DNA from: an uncultured virus (IMG/VR IMGVR_UViG_3300033571_022590)
Lineage: Duplodnaviria; Heunggongvirae; Uroviricota; Caudoviricetes
Direction: 5' to 3' (one strand)
Virus record (IMG/VR): IMGVR_UViG_3300033571_022590
Span: 55,292-75,291 of that record
Length of the DNA stretch: 20,000 bases
Positions 17,396 to 20,000 of this stretch are shown piece after piece (position 1 is the first letter of the stretch; each line of letters opens with the position of its first letter). Made by a program: the position numbers and the translations under genes. Below the pieces are notes generated by a model. It searched no databases. It had not been told where the DNA came from and saw only the letters and a list, made by a program, of their open reading frames with translations.

Positions 17396-17438
17396 TGAAT
17401 CTCCTTTGAATTAATGTGCGATTGCACAACATTACTTA

Positions 17439-17467
17439 ATTACAATTTTGTTACAGTTTTATGACAC
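17439..17467 (-). promoter_or_regulatory. Pho box (PhoB-binding site) upstream of pstS
   Basis: Minus strand: GTGTCAT AAAA CTGTAAC AAAA TTGTAAT, three 7-mers at 11-nt period matching the CTGTCAT-N4 Pho-box repeat. Confidence 0.88.
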
Positions 17468-17469
17468 AG

Positions 17470-17513
17470 TCCGGTTACGGGCTCCGGTGGCACCCAATCA
17501 TTGTGCCCGATTT
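17470..17513. repeat. Two-hairpin structured element, copy 2
   Basis: TCCGGTTACGGGCTCCGGT GGCAC CCAATCATT GTGCC CGATTT. The GT4 stop codon lies in the loop of the second hairpin. Confidence 0.7.
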
Positions 17514-18508
17514 GTTTCGACTAAATTATCTCTAAATATCTGCCAGCAAGCCGCCCAGGTCCAACGACTGCTAGCCTGTTCCACTTGCCTTCTGTCCAGG
17601 GTCATACAGCGTTCCACAGCATGAGCCAGGTTCCAATCCAGGTATCCAGTGACTCCTGATTCCACTATGTCTATAGGTCCTGGCACAGGATAGGCAGCCA
17701 CTGGAGTGCCACAGGCCAAGGCTTCAATGTTGACCACACCAAAGGTGTCCACCCGGCTGGCAAACACAAACACATCGGCCTGAGCATAGTAACTGGCCAG
17801 TTCAAGTCCGGTTTTGGTACCCACAAACTCTACTTCAGGATATCGCCGTTCCAGTTCCCGGCGATAAGGGCCATCACCCACAACAATCTTGTGGCACCAG
17901 GGCATGTCTAGCTCACAGAAATCATCCAGGCCTTTTTCCTTGCTCACACGTCCCACACTCAGCAACACTGGCTTGACATTTGAGCCTGTTCTTAGACTGG
18001 GACTAAAATAAGTTCTATCTACTCCACGAGTCCAGGCCACAAGATCGCCATCAAAGCCATGTGCCTGAAGTTCTTGCCGCATGGTTTCTGTTGTGGTCAG
18101 CACTCGTCCTGAATGCTTGTGAAACCATCGCAAGTAAGCATAGGTCCAGGATTCGGGTATGTAATACAGCTTGTTTAGGAATTCTGGAAACTTGGTATGA
18201 TAACTAGTGTTGTAGGCCCAGTCGTGCCAGTCCATCCACAGTCGTGCCGCTAGTCCGATAGGGCCTTCTGTAGCGATATGTACATAGTCCGGATCAATCT
18301 CGTTGATCTTACGGCCAATCCTCCAGGACCATGAGATTTTAACTTCAGGATAACCCAAAGCATTACAATGAGGGAACTGCCGGGGATCAAGATAAACAAC
18401 ATCATAGCCATCGCCACGAGCCAACGCCTGGATGTTCGTGAAAGTTGTGACCACACCATTGATTTGCTCCGGTAAATTGTCTGTGACAATCAGGATTTTT
18501 TTTGACAT
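17498..18508 (-). CDS. GT4 (GT-B) glycosyltransferase, Agt-like (candidate glycosyl/glucuronosyl-diacylglycerol synthase)
   Basis: ILIVTD...QINGVVTT, YPEVKI, PDYVHIATEGPIGLAAR, TSYHTKFPE, WTRGVD, VGRVSKEK, DTFGVVNIEALACGTPVAAYPVPGP. Adjacent to the PlcP-like gene. Confidence 0.88.
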   Translation of the reverse strand: MSKKILIVTDNLPEQINGVVTTFTNIQALARGDGYDVVYLDPRQFPHCNALGYPEVKISWSWRIGRKINEIDPDYVHIATEGPIGLAARLWMDWHDWAYNTSYHTKFPEFLNKLYYIPESWTYAYLRWFHKHSGRVLTTTETMRQELQAHGFDGDLVAWTRGVDRTYFSPSLRTGSNVKPVLLSVGRVSKEKGLDDFCELDMPWCHKIVVGDGPYRRELERRYPEVEFVGTKTGLELASYYAQADVFVFASRVDTFGVVNIEALACGTPVAAYPVPGPIDIVESGVTGYLDWNLAHAVERCMTLDRRQVEQASSRWTWAACWQIFRDNLVETNRAQ

Positions 18509-18663
18509 TGTGTGACTACCTTGAAACTATCAAATTTGAGCCAGTAGGTGACTGTGGCCTGTGCCCGTAAACATTCTTCTTGGGTGGCAAACTCAATGCT
18601 TGCTCTTCCGGGAATGTCTTGTGGATTGTTGGTGTGTACTGCTATCAGTATCAGCAACCACAT
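18490..18663 (-). CDS. Small hypothetical protein (57 aa, hydrophobic N-terminus, two Cys); absent from the ORF track
   Basis: Translated by hand: MWLLILIAVHTNNPQDIPGRASIEFATQEECLRAQATVTYWLKFDSFKVVTQCQKKS*. AGGAGAAGGACG precedes the ATG. It fills the gap between the two flanking genes and overlaps both. Confidence 0.7.
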   Translation of the reverse strand: MWLLILIAVHTNNPQDIPGRASIEFATQEECLRAQATVTYWLKFDSFKVVTQCQKKS

Positions 18664-19417
18664 CGTCCTTCTCCTTGAGCCAGGTCACTATCTCCCAGGC
18701 TCCGTTGTGATGTTCAACTAGAGCGGTCAATGACTCTACCCAGTCGCCATCGTTCATGTACACCACACCATTTATGGTTTTGATTTCTGCGTGATGTATG
18801 TGTCCACAGATCACGCCATCATAGCCCTTTTTACGACAGTAGGTGGCCAGGTTTACTTCAAACTGGAACACAAAGTCCACGGCCTTTTTGACTCGGTATT
18901 TTAGGAACTTGCTTAACGACCAGTAGCCAAAGCCTAGCCTGTGCCGCAACCAGTTGAATCTGCTGTTGAGATTTAACACGAAATCATACAGTCTGTCGCC
19001 TAAAAAGCTGAGCCAGGGTGTGATTCGTGTAATGCCATCAAATAAATCGCCGTGTGTGACCAGGTAGTGACGTCCGTCCAGGCCAATGTGTTCGGCTTGA
19101 TTGACCACTTCTATCATGCCAAATCCTATGCCATAAGGTATGAGAGGTCGCAAAAACTCATCGTGGTTGCCGGCCACGTAGACCACTCGGGTGCCACGTT
19201 TGGCATGTCCTAGCACACGTCTTACCACATTGGTATGGCTCTGTTTCCAACGCCAGCGATTCTGTTGTATCTTCCAGGCATCAATGATGTCACCCACAAG
19301 ATACAAGGTATCACAGGTGTTGTGTTTGAGAAAGTTGTTGAGCTGTTCAGCCTTGCAGTCCTTGGTACCAAGGTGTACGTCGCTGATAAAAATAGAACGA
19401 TAGGTACGGTCTGCCAT
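18593..19417 (-). CDS. plcP: Calcineurin-like metallophosphoesterase, PlcP-like phospholipase C (family often annotated UDP-2,3-diacylglucosamine hydrolase)
   Basis: DVHLG, LVGDIID, GNHDE, THGD, GVICGHIHHA, NDGDWVES, plus the PlcP-type insert WLSFLGDRLYD...RHRLGFGYWSLS. Pho box upstream and Agt-like GT downstream. Confidence 0.8.
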   Translation of the reverse strand: MADRTYRSIFISDVHLGTKDCKAEQLNNFLKHNTCDTLYLVGDIIDAWKIQQNRWRWKQSHTNVVRRVLGHAKRGTRVVYVAGNHDEFLRPLIPYGIGFGMIEVVNQAEHIGLDGRHYLVTHGDLFDGITRITPWLSFLGDRLYDFVLNLNSRFNWLRHRLGFGYWSLSKFLKYRVKKAVDFVFQFEVNLATYCRKKGYDGVICGHIHHAEIKTINGVVYMNDGDWVESLTALVEHHNGAWEIVTWLKEKDDVVADTDSSTHQQSTRHSRKSKH

Positions 19418-19439
19418 ACATGTATTTACAGATCAGTGT

Positions 19440-19468
19440 GTTACAGTGTTATGACAATTTTATCACAG
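19440..19468 (-). promoter_or_regulatory. Pho box upstream of the plcP-like gene
   Basis: Minus strand: CTGTGAT AAAA TTGTCAT AACA CTGTAAC (11-nt period). Overlaps the last codons of the upstream ORF. Confidence 0.85.
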
Positions 19469-19754
19469 CCAAGAGTGCTTCGTTGGCATCCCAAAACGCC
19501 CAATACCAGCGTTGATGTGTGTCGTTGTCCAGGAATATGGGTTCGGCTTGGTAGCCTAGATCTCGAATATCGTTGTCCATGGCTTCCCAGGTTGACCACG
19601 CAAAGCCACGCTGACCCACTCTGCGATTGCGGTCCACGGGATCAACTACCAGCACCGACGCAGGTGGATTGTCATAGTAACGCTGTTCTTGTTTGTTGCG
19701 TTCGTAGTAGGGAATGTGGCGATCAAGCCAGGTGGGCCATGATACAGCTTGCAT
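19449..19754 (-). CDS. Hypothetical phage protein (possible distant member of the small-protein family)
   Basis: 101-aa ORF ending WYWAFWDANEALLAVIKLS; ATG abuts the upstream TGA. Confidence 0.7.
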   Translation of the reverse strand: MQAVSWPTWLDRHIPYYERNKQEQRYYDNPPASVLVVDPVDRNRRVGQRGFAWSTWEAMDNDIRDLGYQAEPIFLDNDTHQRWYWAFWDANEALLAVIKLS

Positions 19755-19955
19755 TCACTGTCGGCCCCACGAGATATGTGCCCAGAGTCGATCATACAGG
19801 TAGTATGACGTCATCCAGACACAGTTTATCGCTATGGTAGGAACCAGAGCCTCGGCGAAACTTTGACCTGTGATCAACAACATCACGTAGGTGCTGAGCA
19901 AGACCCAGCACCGGTAGATCAAGGTTTTTACCAAGGTCCGTGTTCGTGTTTCCAA
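19755..19955 (-). CDS. DUF2061-like small membrane protein
   Basis: METRTRTLVKTLIYR...YYLYDRLWAHISWG pattern with two hydrophobic segments; TTG start. Confidence 0.7.
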   Translation of the reverse strand: METRTRTLVKTLIYRCWVLLSTYVMLLITGQSFAEALVPTIAINCVWMTSYYLYDRLWAHISWGRQ

Positions 19956-19957
19956 GA

Positions 19958-20000
19958 TTACGAGTTGGCCTTGTGAGCTTCGAGTGTCTTGGTAAACTTG
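19958..20000 (-). CDS. 3' end of a CDS truncated by the window edge
   Basis: Open frame KFTKTLEAHKANS*, stopping 2 nt before the next start codon. Confidence 0.35.
   Translation of the reverse strand, partial: KFTKTLEAHKANS

Noticed and set aside
17415..17428. Small hairpin tgtgc-gatt-gcaca in the pstS leader
   Set aside because: A 5-bp stem can arise by chance and has no supporting evidence.
18593..19417. Calling the phosphoesterase LpxH (lipid A synthesis)
   Set aside because: It has GNHD, whereas E. coli-type LpxH has GNRD. The Pho box and adjacent GT4 fit PlcP better, and no other lpx genes are present.
19235..19840. 201-aa plus-strand ORF
   Set aside because: Antisense to three better-supported minus-strand genes and the Pho box, with no recognisable motifs.
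1..20000. Alternative genetic code or mobile elements (integrase, transposase, intron, intein)
   Set aside because: Recognisable genes are full length under the standard code and use all three stop codons. No such element motifs were seen.

Overview
Gene-dense window that reads as part of a large dsDNA bacteriophage genome, probably an aquatic jumbo-type phage of a proteobacterial host. This is inferred from thyX, many short overlapping hypothetical ORFs, pstS without pstCAB, consensus sigma70 promoters and TAAATA motifs. Contents, left to right: (1) the 3' part of a protein with 65-aa repeats and a GT-A-like C-terminus; (2) NDP-sugar genes (DegT aminotransferase, NAD-dependent epimerase/dehydratase), thyX and an FkbM-like methyltransferase; (3) a HExxH-metallopeptidase/VWA gene and its usual MoxR-like AAA+ partner, about 5 kb apart, each behind a TTGACC-N17-TATAAT promoter; (4) between them, a B12 radical SAM gene and a tightly overlapping array of small proteins sharing a C-terminal F-x-L-[RK]-[WF] motif; (5) a 2OG-Fe(II)-like protein and a NeuD/PglD-like acyltransferase; (6) a phosphate-starvation cassette: PlcP-like metallophosphoesterase, small ORF, Agt-like GT4 glycosyltransferase and pstS, with two clear Pho boxes. 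pstS is flanked by two copies of a two-hairpin element with compensatory base changes. Top candidates for new biology are phage-encoded, PhoB-controlled membrane lipid remodelling and the paralogous small-protein array nested in the AAA-VWA locus. All family assignments come from motif recognition; no database search was run.
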